Shown one piece after another: positions 21,071-31,195 of a DNA stretch of 64,000 nucleotides. A program made the translations under genes and the position numbers. The stretch's first letter is position 1, and the number at the start of each line of letters is the position of its first letter. The DNA comes from an uncultured Verrucomicrobiae bacterium. GTDB lineage: Bacteria > Verrucomicrobiota > Verrucomicrobiia > Chthoniobacterales > JAFAMB01. The stretch is from contig CAWEXO010000014.1 of assembly GCA_963813025.1 (NCBI GenBank), positions 256,001 to 320,000 of the forward strand, written 5' to 3'. The notes beneath the pieces were generated by a model. That model did not search any database. It was given only the letters and a program-made list of their open reading frames with translations, and had not been told where the DNA came from.

Positions 21071-22648
21071 ATGATCCAAAGGCGGCCGTTCTCACCCAAC
21101 CGCTTGACGGTTTCCCTTTGCGCTCTGGCGTTCGTGAATCTTGCTTGGTTTACCGGTGTCGTCGCCGCAGTCCCAGTGTTGTCTTCGGCCCATCTAGGTG
21201 AGCGCACCGCGGTGCCCGAGAGAAAGCTCCTGCAAGGTGGCTGGCATCCGTGGGATCCGTACCAGTACAGCGAGTCCCGGCGTGGCGTTCAGATTCTGAC
21301 CGGCTTCGATGTGGAGATCGAACGCGCTGTTGCGCGGGCTATGGGCGCTGACCTGATCCTCAGCGACATACCCTGGGACCAGCATCTGGCTGCGCTCGAG
21401 GCTGGAACCGTCGACATTGCGGCGGGTGCTACCTACAGTCCCCGACGCGATCGCTATGCGTACTTCTCCGTACCCTATCGACACGAGACCGATGTGCTAA
21501 TCCTGCGGAAGGGCGCCAGCTCTCGATATTCATTTCAAACGATCGAGCAAATGCTCGGCCTATTCGCTCAGCAGCGCTTTCGGCTCGGTGTGCTCGCCGG
21601 GTACGTCTACGCCGACGAGCGGGTCAACGAGTTTGTTGCCGATCTGACGAATCGCGACCTGGTCGTCAAGGTCGCCGACGACCATCAAAATCTGCAAAAT
21701 CTTCTCGATGGGAAGATTGATGGCTTCATCGCTGATCGTATCGTCGCCGCCACTACAGCTTGGCGTCACCAAAAGAGCGGTTTGATAGAAGAACATCCAT
21801 TTCGCTTCTCTACCGATATCCACTTCATGCTCAGCCGTGCATCCCAGAACACGGCCACGCTGGCCCGTCTTAACTCCGCCATCGATCAAATAAAACGGAA
21901 CGGCGAATTCCAGCGCATTGCTGATGCCTATGCCTTACCGATCCTGATCCACCAGACCTTGGACAGTGGTTGGTTTCAGATCCTCGAAATCCTCGGCACG
22001 ATTTCCTTCGCCCTCTCTGGCGTGGTGCTCGCCTATGCCGGACGTTGTACGCTGTTTGGGGCGGTGGTCCTCGCCAGTCTTCCTGCAGTCGGCGGTGGCG
22101 TGGTTCGCGATCTCCTGCTGAACCGCGATCCGCTGGGAATTGTTCGCGATCCGCTGATCCTGCTGGCGATATTCGGCACGGTCATAGCAGGGATGCTGGT
22201 CATCAAGATCATGTCTCTGGCTGGCACGAAGCGCTTCGCCCAATCTTTGGAGTCGCGCGGGCATCTGGGAACGCACCTCATCAAAGTGTTCGACGCCTTG
22301 GGTCTTGCCGCCTTTCTTGTCGTCGGAGTGGTCGTGGTCTTCGACACATCTGCGCAGCCGCTCTGGTTGTGGGGGGCTATTTCCGCCGGGATAACCACCT
22401 CGTTCGGCGGCCTGATGCGCGACTTGTTTCGACACGACCATCTGATTCCGAGTCTCCAGGGGGAACTCTACCCGGAGATAGCGGTCATCTGGGGTCTCGC
22501 CCTGTCGCTGTTTTTACAGTGGGAATCCGAGCGCCTGCAGCCGGAAGAGATTTTGTTCGGCGTCGCCATCACCATCCTCGGAGCATTCTCTACCCGTATG
22601 CTGGCGATCATTTATCACCTGAAGGGGTGGTCCTACGTGCCTAGATGA
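21071..22648 (+). CDS. Fusion of an amino-acid-type solute-binding domain (SBP family 3) and a TRIC/UPF0126 membrane domain
   Basis: N-terminal part has W.PYQY..., GFDVEI, G.VDIAAGA...P.RD.YAYFS.PY and LLDGKIDGFIAD. C-terminal part has two TRIC repeats: GTISFALSG...AVGGGVVRDLLL and DALGLAAF...FGGLMRD...GELY. Confidence 0.82.
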   Translation: MIQRRPFSPNRLTVSLCALAFVNLAWFTGVVAAVPVLSSAHLGERTAVPERKLLQGGWHPWDPYQYSESRRGVQILTGFDVEIERAVARAMGADLILSDIPWDQHLAALEAGTVDIAAGATYSPRRDRYAYFSVPYRHETDVLILRKGASSRYSFQTIEQMLGLFAQQRFRLGVLAGYVYADERVNEFVADLTNRDLVVKVADDHQNLQNLLDGKIDGFIADRIVAATTAWRHQKSGLIEEHPFRFSTDIHFMLSRASQNTATLARLNSAIDQIKRNGEFQRIADAYALPILIHQTLDSGWFQILEILGTISFALSGVVLAYAGRCTLFGAVVLASLPAVGGGVVRDLLLNRDPLGIVRDPLILLAIFGTVIAGMLVIKIMSLAGTKRFAQSLESRGHLGTHLIKVFDALGLAAFLVVGVVVVFDTSAQPLWLWGAISAGITTSFGGLMRDLFRHDHLIPSLQGELYPEIAVIWGLALSLFLQWESERLQPEEILFGVAITILGAFSTRMLAIIYHLKGWSYVPR

Positions 22649-22789
22649 GGAACTAGTCAGGTTAGCTGGTGCCGCCATCGGGCACGAAGGCGGACAGGCT
22701 TGGGTTTGTTGGACTATAGCTAGACGTGCAAAGATCCGGGAGAACTGCGCGAAGCGCAGCCAAGCAAAAGCGAGTCCGGTCGGCAGCCC

Positions 22790-23705
22790 TCATCGACGAG
22801 ATCGGGCGACAGTCACCGCGAGAATTATAATAACTCCACGGGCGATCAGCTGCTGGCTGAACTCCAGACCCATCAGAATGAGACCATTGTTAATCAATCC
22901 GATCATGAGCGCGCCGACGATAGACCCGATAACCGACCTGAAGCCGCCGAACAAACTTGTGCCTCCGAGGACGGCCGCAGCAATGACTGACAGCTCGTCA
23001 CCTTCCCCCAGCTGGAAACGTCCCGATCGAAGACGGCCGGCATAAAGCATCCCGGCAATCGCTGCCGCGACGCTGGAGAGAATCAGCGCCTGCATTTTTA
23101 TCACGTGTTTTGATGCCGGTAAATCTGGCTGCAGTTTCACTGCCACCAGTCGCCAGTACCTTCCGCCCGAAGGTAGTTTTGCGAAGCACGATGTGGCCAA
23201 TAATAGCGATAACCAACGCCCACACCAACAAAACGGGCACCGGCCCGAGATTGCCGGATCCGAAGCTGAAATAGTAGGTTCGGTCCAGAATCGGAATAGC
23301 AGCGGTGGTGCTGATCCACATGGCTGTTCCACGGGCGATGCCCATCATCGCGAGGGTCACCAAAAACGACGGGATACCAACCCTCGTGGTCAAAAGTCCA
23401 TTAATTGAACCGACAACCAAGCCCGTCAGAAGCCCGCCAACAATTCCACCGATGAGACCGAACCTTGCCAGCGACATCGCGGTGGTGACCGAGACCAAGC
23501 CGGCCACTGCGCCAATAGCCAAATCGATCTCACCGGCAGACAAGACAAACGTCATCGCCACGGCCATGATTGCGATCATGGCCGTCTGGCGGACGATGTT
23601 CAGCAAGTTAGTCGGATCAAGAAATCCTTTGTCGGACAGGGTTACGGCAAAAAAGATAAAAATTATGATGAACCCCGCATAGATGACGTATTGACGCCAG
23701 TCATC
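22790..23705 (-). pseudogene. 5'-truncated RbsC-like sugar ABC permease
   Basis: Motifs GEIDLAIG, VGIPSFLVTL and ELSVIAAAVLGGTSLFGG. No ATG/GTG/TTG start lies between the upstream in-frame stop and DWRQYVIY. Frameshift near 23105. Confidence 0.75.
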
Positions 23706-23715
23706 CAGCGCACCG

Positions 23716-24150
23716 ATGGTCGGGCGGGGAACACAGCGAGGCTGTTCTCAGAATACGGTGTTCCGTTGGTGCTCATCGATCGTATGGTTCCCGGTCTGCC
23801 TGCACCCACTGTTGCCGCCGACAACGTCGCTGGAGCGTTCGAGGCCACGAAATACCTGCTTTATCTGGGGCATACCCGTATTGGATAATCGTGGGTCGCA
23901 AAGCGTTAGGCTCGATGACCGCGCGGGTGGAAGGATATCGCCGCGCCCTGTCGGCGGGCGGCGCGCTTCTCGACGAAGCCCTCATTGTTGATGCTATTGA
24001 TGTGGGAGTCCAGGGCGGTGCGTATGGAACCGAACAGCTCCTAAACCTGGCCAACCCGCCCACAGCCATCATTGCAATGAACAATCTCCTGGTGCTCGGC
24101 GCACTGAACGCGATCCGAGAAAAAGGACTGCAAATCCCATCCGATATTTC
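23716..24150 (+). pseudogene. Internal fragment of a LacI-family regulator (no HTH, no C-terminus)
   Basis: Motifs GVPLVLIDR, DNVAGAFEAT.YL..LGHTRIG and PPTAII..N..L.LGAL.AIRE.GL.IP.DIS. Similarity stops before the usual VGFDD. Frameshift near 23885. Confidence 0.78.
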
Positions 24151-24290
24151 GAGCAAAGGCCTTTGGCGGCGGCGTCCGGGGCGACACTCCTACTCGCCGT
24201 AGGGAACCCAGACGTTTTTGATTTGGGTGGCGTGTCGGAGATATGCTTTCCATCCTGCCGGTTCTTCGGTGTGCTTATGGTGCCGATTCT

Positions 24291-25024
24291 TTAACTATGC
24301 CACCAATGCGCCAACAATTGGTAAACGATGATCGAAACGACCGTTATTATCAAAAGTAGTTTGAACGTGGACTTCCGGCGAGGCAAAGGCTTTACTGCTG
24401 CTTGCTGTTGTGGCAATGGCGGCGGTTGCGGCGACGTTGGCTGAAGGTCTTCCGGCGTCAGGGTCAATTCCTTGGGTGCTTCTAAATCTTCCCGCTTCAA
24501 CTCCAATGCCGGCTGGTCCTGGTCGATTGTTTCAGGTGTCCATCCCGAGTCTACCAGGTGCTTTGCCAGCTTTATCCACTTACAAATTACGTTCGCCTCC
24601 GCTTTGGAGTAATAGCTCGGTCAGTAATTCCCGCCTCTGTTCGGGCACTCAATTTACGCCAAATTCGCGTTTCATAGGGCGTCAACAGGGAAACTGCTTT
24701 CTGCCCAATTTCGTCGGTAATCTTACTCTGATAGTATCGCTGCTCTTTGTCGTTCCGGAACACCGGCTCCCGTAGATGCTGCAGCCGGCCACTGGGCCGA
24801 TCACTATTGGTTTCCCGGGTTCGGCCGGACCTTTTGCTCCAGGGATGGTGTTCGGAAAAGCTTATTCCTGTCCCGGGCAAACCGACCGTTTGTTTGACTC
24901 CGCGCTTGCCGATGTTCACCGAGTTCCCCCGGCCGCCGACCGAGAAACTAACGCCACTTTTGCTGAAGTTCAGAGCGAGTCCGGGAACGAGCTTGACTCT
25001 CCTTCGGAATCGTAAATTGAACAT
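24291..25024 (-). CDS. DUF4236-domain protein with Pro-rich linker and C-terminal TM helix; probably one ~244-aa gene split by a 1-base indel near 24604
   Basis: N-terminus FRRRVKLVPGLALNFSKSGVSFSVG...TVGLPGTGISF. Adding one A (minus strand) in actccaaagcg joins it to the frame that ends in LLLIITVVSIIVYQLL. Confidence 0.7.
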
Positions 25025-25140
25025 GTTTCGCTCCGTACCTTTTCACCAGTGCATTTCCGCCGTTTCGAGATTCCTCGTTAGTCATTTACAACAGATCAGG
25101 AGATAATTCGAACGTGTAATTCGGCATACGGCCCATGGCC

Positions 25141-25219
25141 GGATGACCAATGACCGATGAATGATGACCGATGACCGCTGTTCAAATCCTCGGACTCCTG
25201 AACTCCTGCAACTCCTGGC
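25141..25219 (-). repeat. Composite short tandem repeat element (GGAGTT(G)CA)n - GGATTT - (GGTCATY)n
   Basis: Reverse-complement counterpart of 27326-27439. Confidence 0.7.
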
Positions 25220-25311
25220 CCCTTGCCGTCCCGACAAGCTAGGAAGCTCCCCAGTTCCAGGCAGCCATTTCCAATTTATTCTTGACGGTAAGGGCAAAGT
25301 AATTAGAGCTT

Positions 25312-25325
25312 CGTGAACGTTCACG
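25312..25325. promoter_or_regulatory. LacI-family operator-like palindrome CGTGAACGTTCACG
   Basis: Perfect 14-bp palindrome with central CG, downstream of TTGACG (25282-25287) and upstream of a sugar ABC operon. Confidence 0.72.
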
Positions 25326-25452
25326 TTTCTCGGCCCCGATTACCCCCTACTGCGTCTTGCGAAATGAAAAGAATGGCCCACGTGTTTGCCGCAGGCATGC
25401 TCATGCTCGGCGGTCTTGAAAGAGAGTTCGCCGCCATGTTGAGAGGCACTCG

Positions 25453-26253
25453 GTGGTGAAAAATCCGGTGCCAGGGCCGGGCGCGCAGCACGCGCTGCGG
25501 ATGGTCAACATCGAAAAGTATTTTGGCCCGGTGCGGGCGCTCAGCAACATCAACTTGGAGGTTGGTCGCAATGAGATCGTCGGGTTGATCGGTGACAACG
25601 GAGCCGGGAAGTCGACGATCGTGAAAATCCTCACGGGCGTGTTTCCCCCGACCAGCGGCGAATTATACGTGGCGGGCCGCAAAATCGACTTCCGCCGCTA
25701 TAACGTCCAAAGTGCCCACGCTCACGGCATCGAAACCGTGTACCAGGATAAGTCGCTTGGCGAAAAGCAGGTCCTTTGGCGGAACTTCTTTATCGGACGG
25801 CAGATTGTGAACCGCTTTGGCTTCATCGACGTGAAAAAGGAAAAAGCCATCGCCAGGGAAATCATGGTCAACACCATTGGATTCCGCAGCAAGGGCATCA
25901 CGGTTGATTCCAACGTGAGCGATCTCTCCGGTGGTGAGCGTCAGGGGATCGCCATCGGACGAGCCATGCATTTCGAGGCCGACCTCATCATTCTTGATGA
26001 GCCAACCGTTGCTTTGTCTCTCAAAGAAGTGGCAAAGGTAATTAACTTTGTCCACAGGATTAAGGAAGGCGGCAAGGCGAGCATTTATATTTCCCACAGC
26101 ATTCCGGACGTGTACGAGGTCTGCGACCGCTTCATCGTCCTGGATCGCGGTGAGATCGGCGCAAGCATTCCAAAGAAGGATATTAGTTTGAAAGGTTTGG
26201 ACGCGTTTCTGCTCGAGTACGCGCACGGCCGGAAAGACAAGGCACAAGCATGA
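25453..26253 (+). CDS. Sugar ABC transporter ATP-binding protein (single NBD)
   Basis: Motifs [23 protein letters not shown] and ISH. Confidence 0.92.
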   Translation: MVKNPVPGPGAQHALRMVNIEKYFGPVRALSNINLEVGRNEIVGLIGDNGAGKSTIVKILTGVFPPTSGELYVAGRKIDFRRYNVQSAHAHGIETVYQDKSLGEKQVLWRNFFIGRQIVNRFGFIDVKKEKAIAREIMVNTIGFRSKGITVDSNVSDLSGGERQGIAIGRAMHFEADLIILDEPTVALSLKEVAKVINFVHRIKEGGKASIYISHSIPDVYEVCDRFIVLDRGEIGASIPKKDISLKGLDAFLLEYAHGRKDKAQA

Positions 26254-27320
26254 ATTTCCTTCGGTCACTCTTTCGGTTTCTGCGCCGGTTGGAAGGTTTC
26301 CCGATCGCGATGGTGCTGTTGGTCCTCTACATCGCGTTGATCATCGCCGCTCCCAGCGTTTTCACCCACCCGCTGATCTATCTGTCTTTTCTGGAAACAG
26401 TTCCACCGACGCTCATTGCGGCGTTGGGTCTTACCCTGGTTATCACCGCCGGCGAGATCGACTTGAGTTTTCCCGCCGTTGTTTCGCTATCTGGCTTTGC
26501 CCTTTCCTGGGGCTGGAAAACCTTTGACCCGGCTTACGGCGCCTGGATTGGCGTCGGGCTGGCCCTGGCGGCCGGCGCTCTGGTTGGCTACATCAATGGC
26601 GTGATGGTCGCACGAATCGGCGTTCCATCGATTATGGCAACCCTTGCCACAAATTTTTTCTGGTACGGCATCTCGATTCTGCTAGCGGGCGGACTGCAGG
26701 TGGCCCTCAAAGGAAGCCAGGAGAATTTCGTTCACCAGCTTTTTGTCGGACGGCTGTTTGGCAACGTGCCTGCTCAGGCATTCTGGGGGTTGGGGTTGGC
26801 TGTGCTGCTATGGTTCATCTTGAACCGGCATAAGTTCGGCGAGGGTATCATGTTTATCGGCGACAATGCCAACGTCGCGCGGGTGATGGGGGTCAACGTC
26901 GAAGCGACCCGCATCAGGCTGTTCGCTTTGCACGGCATGATCGCGGCTTTTTCCGGAATCATCGTCACCCTGGATATTGGCGTGTTCTACCCGGATCAAG
27001 GCAACTTTCTCCTGGCCGCCATGGCGTCAGTGTTTGTTGGCGGCACCTCAATTGCCGGGGGCGCAGGTTCCATCTTCGGGACCTTTTTCGGAGCTTATAT
27101 CATTGGTTCGCTGGCCGCCGGCGTGGTGGCGACAACGATCAGCGGCTATTGGGTCCAAGTGGTGGAAGGCCTTGTCATGGCTGCGGTCATCGTGCTCAAC
27201 GCGGCAACGGGCAAAGGCAAACTCTCTGCGCTTTCGAATCGTTTCCGTCATTGGCGAGGGCCAATTGCCTCGGACCGCGCTCAGGAACTTTTGCCGAAGA
27301 ACGACCCGACGCCGAACTGA
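26250..27320 (+). CDS. Sugar ABC transporter permease (RbsC-like)
   Basis: Motifs GEIDLSF, GVPSIMATL and VFVGGTSI.GG.G. Confidence 0.9.
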   Translation: MNFLRSLFRFLRRLEGFPIAMVLLVLYIALIIAAPSVFTHPLIYLSFLETVPPTLIAALGLTLVITAGEIDLSFPAVVSLSGFALSWGWKTFDPAYGAWIGVGLALAAGALVGYINGVMVARIGVPSIMATLATNFFWYGISILLAGGLQVALKGSQENFVHQLFVGRLFGNVPAQAFWGLGLAVLLWFILNRHKFGEGIMFIGDNANVARVMGVNVEATRIRLFALHGMIAAFSGIIVTLDIGVFYPDQGNFLLAAMASVFVGGTSIAGGAGSIFGTFFGAYIIGSLAAGVVATTISGYWVQVVEGLVMAAVIVLNAATGKGKLSALSNRFRHWRGPIASDRAQELLPKNDPTPN

Positions 27321-27325
27321 TGAAA

Positions 27326-27439
27326 GGGAGTCGCAGGAGTTCACGAGTCCAGGAGTCGCCGGAGTTCAGGAGTCCAGGAGTTGCAGGAGTCCGGGGATTT
27401 CGACAGCGCCCATCAGCATCAGTCGTCGGTCATCGGTCA
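27326..27439 (+). repeat. Composite short tandem repeat element (GGAGTY(G)CA)n - GGATTT - (GGTCATC)-like
   Basis: About 8 degenerate GGAGT-containing units followed by gtcgtcggtcatcggtca. Confidence 0.72.
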
Positions 27440-27504
27440 AAAGAGAGGTTTTACTCTGAGTCAGTTCTCCCATCAGCAACATCACTAAAGAAAGAAAACA
27501 GAAA

Positions 27505-28503
27505 ATGAAATGTAGCTCTACCGTTACGGCGCTCGCAGGAGCAGCCGCTTTCGTCCTGGCCCTGGCCCCGGCGAAATCCGCCGACGCCCAAGGCAAGCCG
27601 ATTGTCGTCTATATGCAAATGGGCGGCGACAAGGGTATGGCCTCGGTATTGGCCCGCACCACTGGTGCAGAAGCCGCCGCCAAGGCCCTTGGCGTTGAAC
27701 TCCATGAGCAGTACGCAAGCTGGGACACCAAGAAGATGATCGACCAGTTCAAAGAAGCGATTGCCGCCAAGCCTGACGGCATCGCCATTATGGGCCACCC
27801 CGGTGAGGACGCCATGGCGCCGCTGGTTGATCAAGCAATCGCGGCCGGCACCATCATCACCAGCGGCAACAACCCTCTGCCCAACCTCGAAGCCAAGTAC
27901 AAGGAGAAGGGTTTTGGCTATGCCGGTGCTGACCTGTATAAGGGTGGTTACCTGACTGGACAGGCGATGGTCGCGAGTGGGAAGCTCAAGGCCGGTGACA
28001 AGGCCCTTGTGTGGGACATCTGGCATCAGGAAGGCCGCAGCAAGAGTCCTCAAGGAATGTTTGATGCCCTGGAGAAGACTCTCGGGAAGGGCAATGTTGA
28101 CAAGCTCGATGTAACTCAGGATGTCGACTCTGATCCGACCAAGGGTATCCCGATCATGACGGCCTATCTGGCGGCCCATCCTGATCTCAAGGCCATCGGA
28201 ACGCAACACGGTCAGATCACGGCCATCTTGCCCAAGATCCTCAAGGACGCTGGCAAGAAACCCGGTGACGTCGTGGTCGGAGGTATTGACCTCGGCCCGG
28301 ACGTCATCGCCGGAATTCGGGCTGGCTACGTCGTGGCAAGCTTTGACCAGCTTTTGTACCTTCAGGGCTGGTACCCAGTACAACAAATCTGGTTGACCAA
28401 GAATTACCTCGTCCCCGGTTTGCACAACGACACGGGTGTCGGCGAAGTCACGCCGGCTAACGTCGATGTCATTGCCCCCCTGATCGAAAAAGGCTTCCGT
28501 TAA
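27505..28503 (+). CDS. Sugar ABC transporter substrate-binding protein
   Basis: Signal peptide, EAIAAKPDGIAIMGHPG, FDQLLYLQG and terminal GFR. Confidence 0.9.
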   Translation: MKCSSTVTALAGAAAFVLALAPAKSADAQGKPIVVYMQMGGDKGMASVLARTTGAEAAAKALGVELHEQYASWDTKKMIDQFKEAIAAKPDGIAIMGHPGEDAMAPLVDQAIAAGTIITSGNNPLPNLEAKYKEKGFGYAGADLYKGGYLTGQAMVASGKLKAGDKALVWDIWHQEGRSKSPQGMFDALEKTLGKGNVDKLDVTQDVDSDPTKGIPIMTAYLAAHPDLKAIGTQHGQITAILPKILKDAGKKPGDVVVGGIDLGPDVIAGIRAGYVVASFDQLLYLQGWYPVQQIWLTKNYLVPGLHNDTGVGEVTPANVDVIAPLIEKGFR

Positions 28504-28662
28504 TCAACGGATTCATTTTCGCCGGTAAAGATCGATCCGAGATAGGAAGGAGAAGGCAGATACGGGAATGGTCTTCGGACGGCGCTGCAAATCTCGAGCT
28601 TTGAGAAATGTAATTTGATTTCGCCCTCACGCCTCGTGTTTGCCGCCTTCGTCCCGGCGTCG

Positions 28663-28821
28663 ATGGAACGCCGGAGGGTCGCTCGCCGGAAACGTTTCCT
28701 CGAGCGCTTCATCTATTTGATCGTTATCCGGTTCCTCGTTATCCGAGTCTGGTATTGGCTCGCTCTTCCCTTTCTTATCTTCCTCTGGGTAGGGCATGAT
28801 GTTTCCTTGTTTTTATTCTGA
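28663..28821 (+). CDS. Possible 52-aa small membrane protein
   Basis: Arg-rich N-terminus followed by a long hydrophobic stretch. No family recognised. Confidence 0.35.
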   Translation: MERRRVARRKRFLERFIYLIVIRFLVIRVWYWLALPFLIFLWVGHDVSLFLF

Positions 28822-29085
28822 CAATCGATCAAAACGCCTGGAGCGGACGGGCCCGCCGTCTGGAAATAAATCACGGTTTTCACCCTTTTCATCGATTAGT
28901 TGGAGGGGGTTCCGAAGGAGGGAAAACCCGCGACTAAAGACTACGTTGGCAACAACCATCGCCTCCACTCCATTGTACAGAGGCACCTGACAGAACGGTA
29001 AACGACGCGACCAACCGTCGATATCCGGTATCGGATATCGCGTTGGATGTTGAAGATTCGCTTTGGTGAGTCGAATATCCGTTCG

Positions 29086-30012
29086 ATGGCGGCCAAATCG
29101 AAAGTCATAGTCGAGGTGGGAGGCCGCACCCTGGAGCTTTCCAACCTTGATAAGGTTCTTTATCCGCAGACAGGGTTTACCAAAGGCCAGGTTATCGAAT
29201 ACTATACGCGGATCGCGCCGGTACTTTTACCGCACCTGTCCCGACGTCCGATTAGTTTGAAGCGGTACCCGGAGGGAGTGGACGAATTTTTCTTCTATGA
29301 AAAACAGTGTCCATCGCATCGCCCGGGGTGGCTGCAGACAGCGACGGTGACCAGTCAAAGACGAGAAGGCAAAATCGATTACTGCGTTCTGGACGATCTG
29401 CCGTCCCTGGTCTGGGCGGCGAACCTGGCCGACCTTGAGCTTCACACTTTTCTGCATCGTGCTCCGGCGGTCGAGAAACCGACCATGCTTGCATTCGACC
29501 TGGATCCGGGGCCGCCGGCTAACCTCATTAATTGTTGCCGAGTCGGGCTCTGGGTAAGAGATATGCTGAAAGAGGTTGGACTCGAGTCTTTTGCCAAGAC
29601 ATCCGGCTCGAAAGGGCTCCAGGTCTACGTTCCGTTGAACACCGCGACGACTTATGATCGAACGAAGGAGTTTGCCCACGAACTCGCATTGCGCCTGGAA
29701 CGGGAACATCCTGATCAAGTTGTCTCGAAAATGGCCAAGAATTTGCGTCGCGGAAAGGTCTTCGTGGATTGGAGCCAGAACGATGACCACAAAACGACTA
29801 TTTGTGTCTATTCTCTGAGGGCGAAGACCGTTCCGTCTGTATCGACTCCGCTGAGGTGGGCCGAGGTGGAATCGGGTAGTTCGGCGCGGGGTAAACGCGT
29901 CCTGCAATTTGGGCCGGACGAAGCGCTTCGACGCGTGGAAAAATACGGAGATCTTTTCGCGCCAGTGTTGAAACTAAAACAAAAACTACCAGGAGCGGCG
30001 ATCAAAGTTTAA
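29086..30012 (+). CDS. ligD: NHEJ LigD primase-polymerase domain, stand-alone
   Basis: Motifs LSNLDKVLYP, LKRYPEGV..FF.K, AFDLDPG, KTSGSKGLQVYVP, VFVDWSQN and YSLRA...VSTPL.W.E. Confidence 0.9.
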   Translation: MAAKSKVIVEVGGRTLELSNLDKVLYPQTGFTKGQVIEYYTRIAPVLLPHLSRRPISLKRYPEGVDEFFFYEKQCPSHRPGWLQTATVTSQRREGKIDYCVLDDLPSLVWAANLADLELHTFLHRAPAVEKPTMLAFDLDPGPPANLINCCRVGLWVRDMLKEVGLESFAKTSGSKGLQVYVPLNTATTYDRTKEFAHELALRLEREHPDQVVSKMAKNLRRGKVFVDWSQNDDHKTTICVYSLRAKTVPSVSTPLRWAEVESGSSARGKRVLQFGPDEALRRVEKYGDLFAPVLKLKQKLPGAAIKV

Positions 30013-30025
30013 TGAGAATACTTCT

Positions 30026-30265
30026 ATGGACTCAGCAGAAGAACCGGTGCAGGAGCCGAGAGAATTTCTGGAAGAGGAAGTCGAGTCGGGAGTAAGTGAA
30101 TCGACGACTGATCCGTTGGCAGAACCCCCTGCTTCGCGGGGTTTTGAGGTACCGCGGATCACTCCTGACCTTGATGAAGAAGATGCGCGGACGGAACCGC
30201 CCGAGGAGGCGGAGGGGTATGGGACGGCTAACGACGAATCTCTCGAGGAAGGAACGGAGTTGTAG
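30026..30265 (+). CDS. Small, very acidic hypothetical protein (79 aa)
   Basis: Starts 13 bp after the ligD stop. Strongly Glu/Asp/Pro-biased. Confidence 0.6.
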   Translation: MDSAEEPVQEPREFLEEEVESGVSESTTDPLAEPPASRGFEVPRITPDLDEEDARTEPPEEAEGYGTANDESLEEGTEL

Positions 30266-30391
30266 GCGGAGTTATCACTGGCCAAAGACGGCGCCTCCGT
30301 CGATAAAGCTATGGCGGACACGGTCAAACAAGTTCTCGCCCGAGGCTCGGAGAAAGAAGCTGTCTCGCGACGCAATCTATGGCCTTGTATC

Positions 30392-30514
30392 GGTAGGGCG
30401 AAAATTCATTCGAGCGTCAGCGAGAACTTGTTTGAGCCGTCTGGACGTGTGCCACCTCCAACGCCCGGCTCAAACGAGTTCTCGCTTGGCGCTCGAATGA
30501 ATTTTCGCCCTACC
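30392..30514. repeat. REP/REPIN-like long hairpin, family A (GGTAGGGCGAAAATTCATTCGAGCG...)
   Basis: Perfect 25-bp terminal inverted repeat plus a 21-bp inner arm with one mismatch. Ends in GTAG/CTAC. Confidence 0.85.
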
Positions 30515-30646
30515 AGCGCAGAGCCCAAGAATGTTCCGAGACGCTCTCTAAATTCTCGCCGTACCAGCACACAGCAAAGCCACATCGCTTCCGCAGCTGG
30601 GAATATTTCGGTCGGTGGCGCCCTCAACTGATCACTGTATATTGAG

Positions 30647-31186
30647 ATGATCAGGCAATTACTTGGGCTCCTGCTGGCTGGCACCGTTGCCTTGGCCGGC
30701 ACAGCCTGGGGTCAAACGAGCGCAAATCTAATAAAGGATATGTCAAAACTTCCGCAGGATGAGCTAAAGCAAAAGCTGACGCCGGAACAATATTATGTCA
30801 CTTGCCAGGACGGGACTGAACCACCTTTTCGCAATGCCTACTGGAATAATCATGCGGAAGGCCTCTATGTCGACGTCATTTCCGGAGAACCGCTGTTCAG
30901 CTCCAATGATAAATTCGATTCGGGGACAGGATGGCCGAGTTTTAGCAAACCGATTATCCAAGCAGCCTTGAAAGAAAAAACCGACTCCAGCCTCGGAATG
31001 GATCGCACCGAGGTTCGCGGCGCGAAAAGTGACGCACACCTGGGACATGTCTTTGAGGATGGCCCGAAGCCAACCGGCCTGCGTTTCTGCATGAACTCAG
31101 CAGCGCTGCGTTTTATTCCGGTTGATCGCTTAGAAGCGGAAGGCTATGGCGAATACCTCAAGCTTTTCAAAAAAGGGGACAAGTGA
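30647..31186 (+). CDS. msrB: Peptide-methionine (R)-S-oxide reductase with signal peptide
   Basis: Motifs [17 protein letters not shown] and [19 protein letters not shown]. Confidence 0.95.
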   Translation: MIRQLLGLLLAGTVALAGTAWGQTSANLIKDMSKLPQDELKQKLTPEQYYVTCQDGTEPPFRNAYWNNHAEGLYVDVISGEPLFSSNDKFDSGTGWPSFSKPIIQAALKEKTDSSLGMDRTEVRGAKSDAHLGHVFEDGPKPTGLRFCMNSAALRFIPVDRLEAEGYGEYLKLFKKGDK

Positions 31187-31195
31187 GGTTTTACC

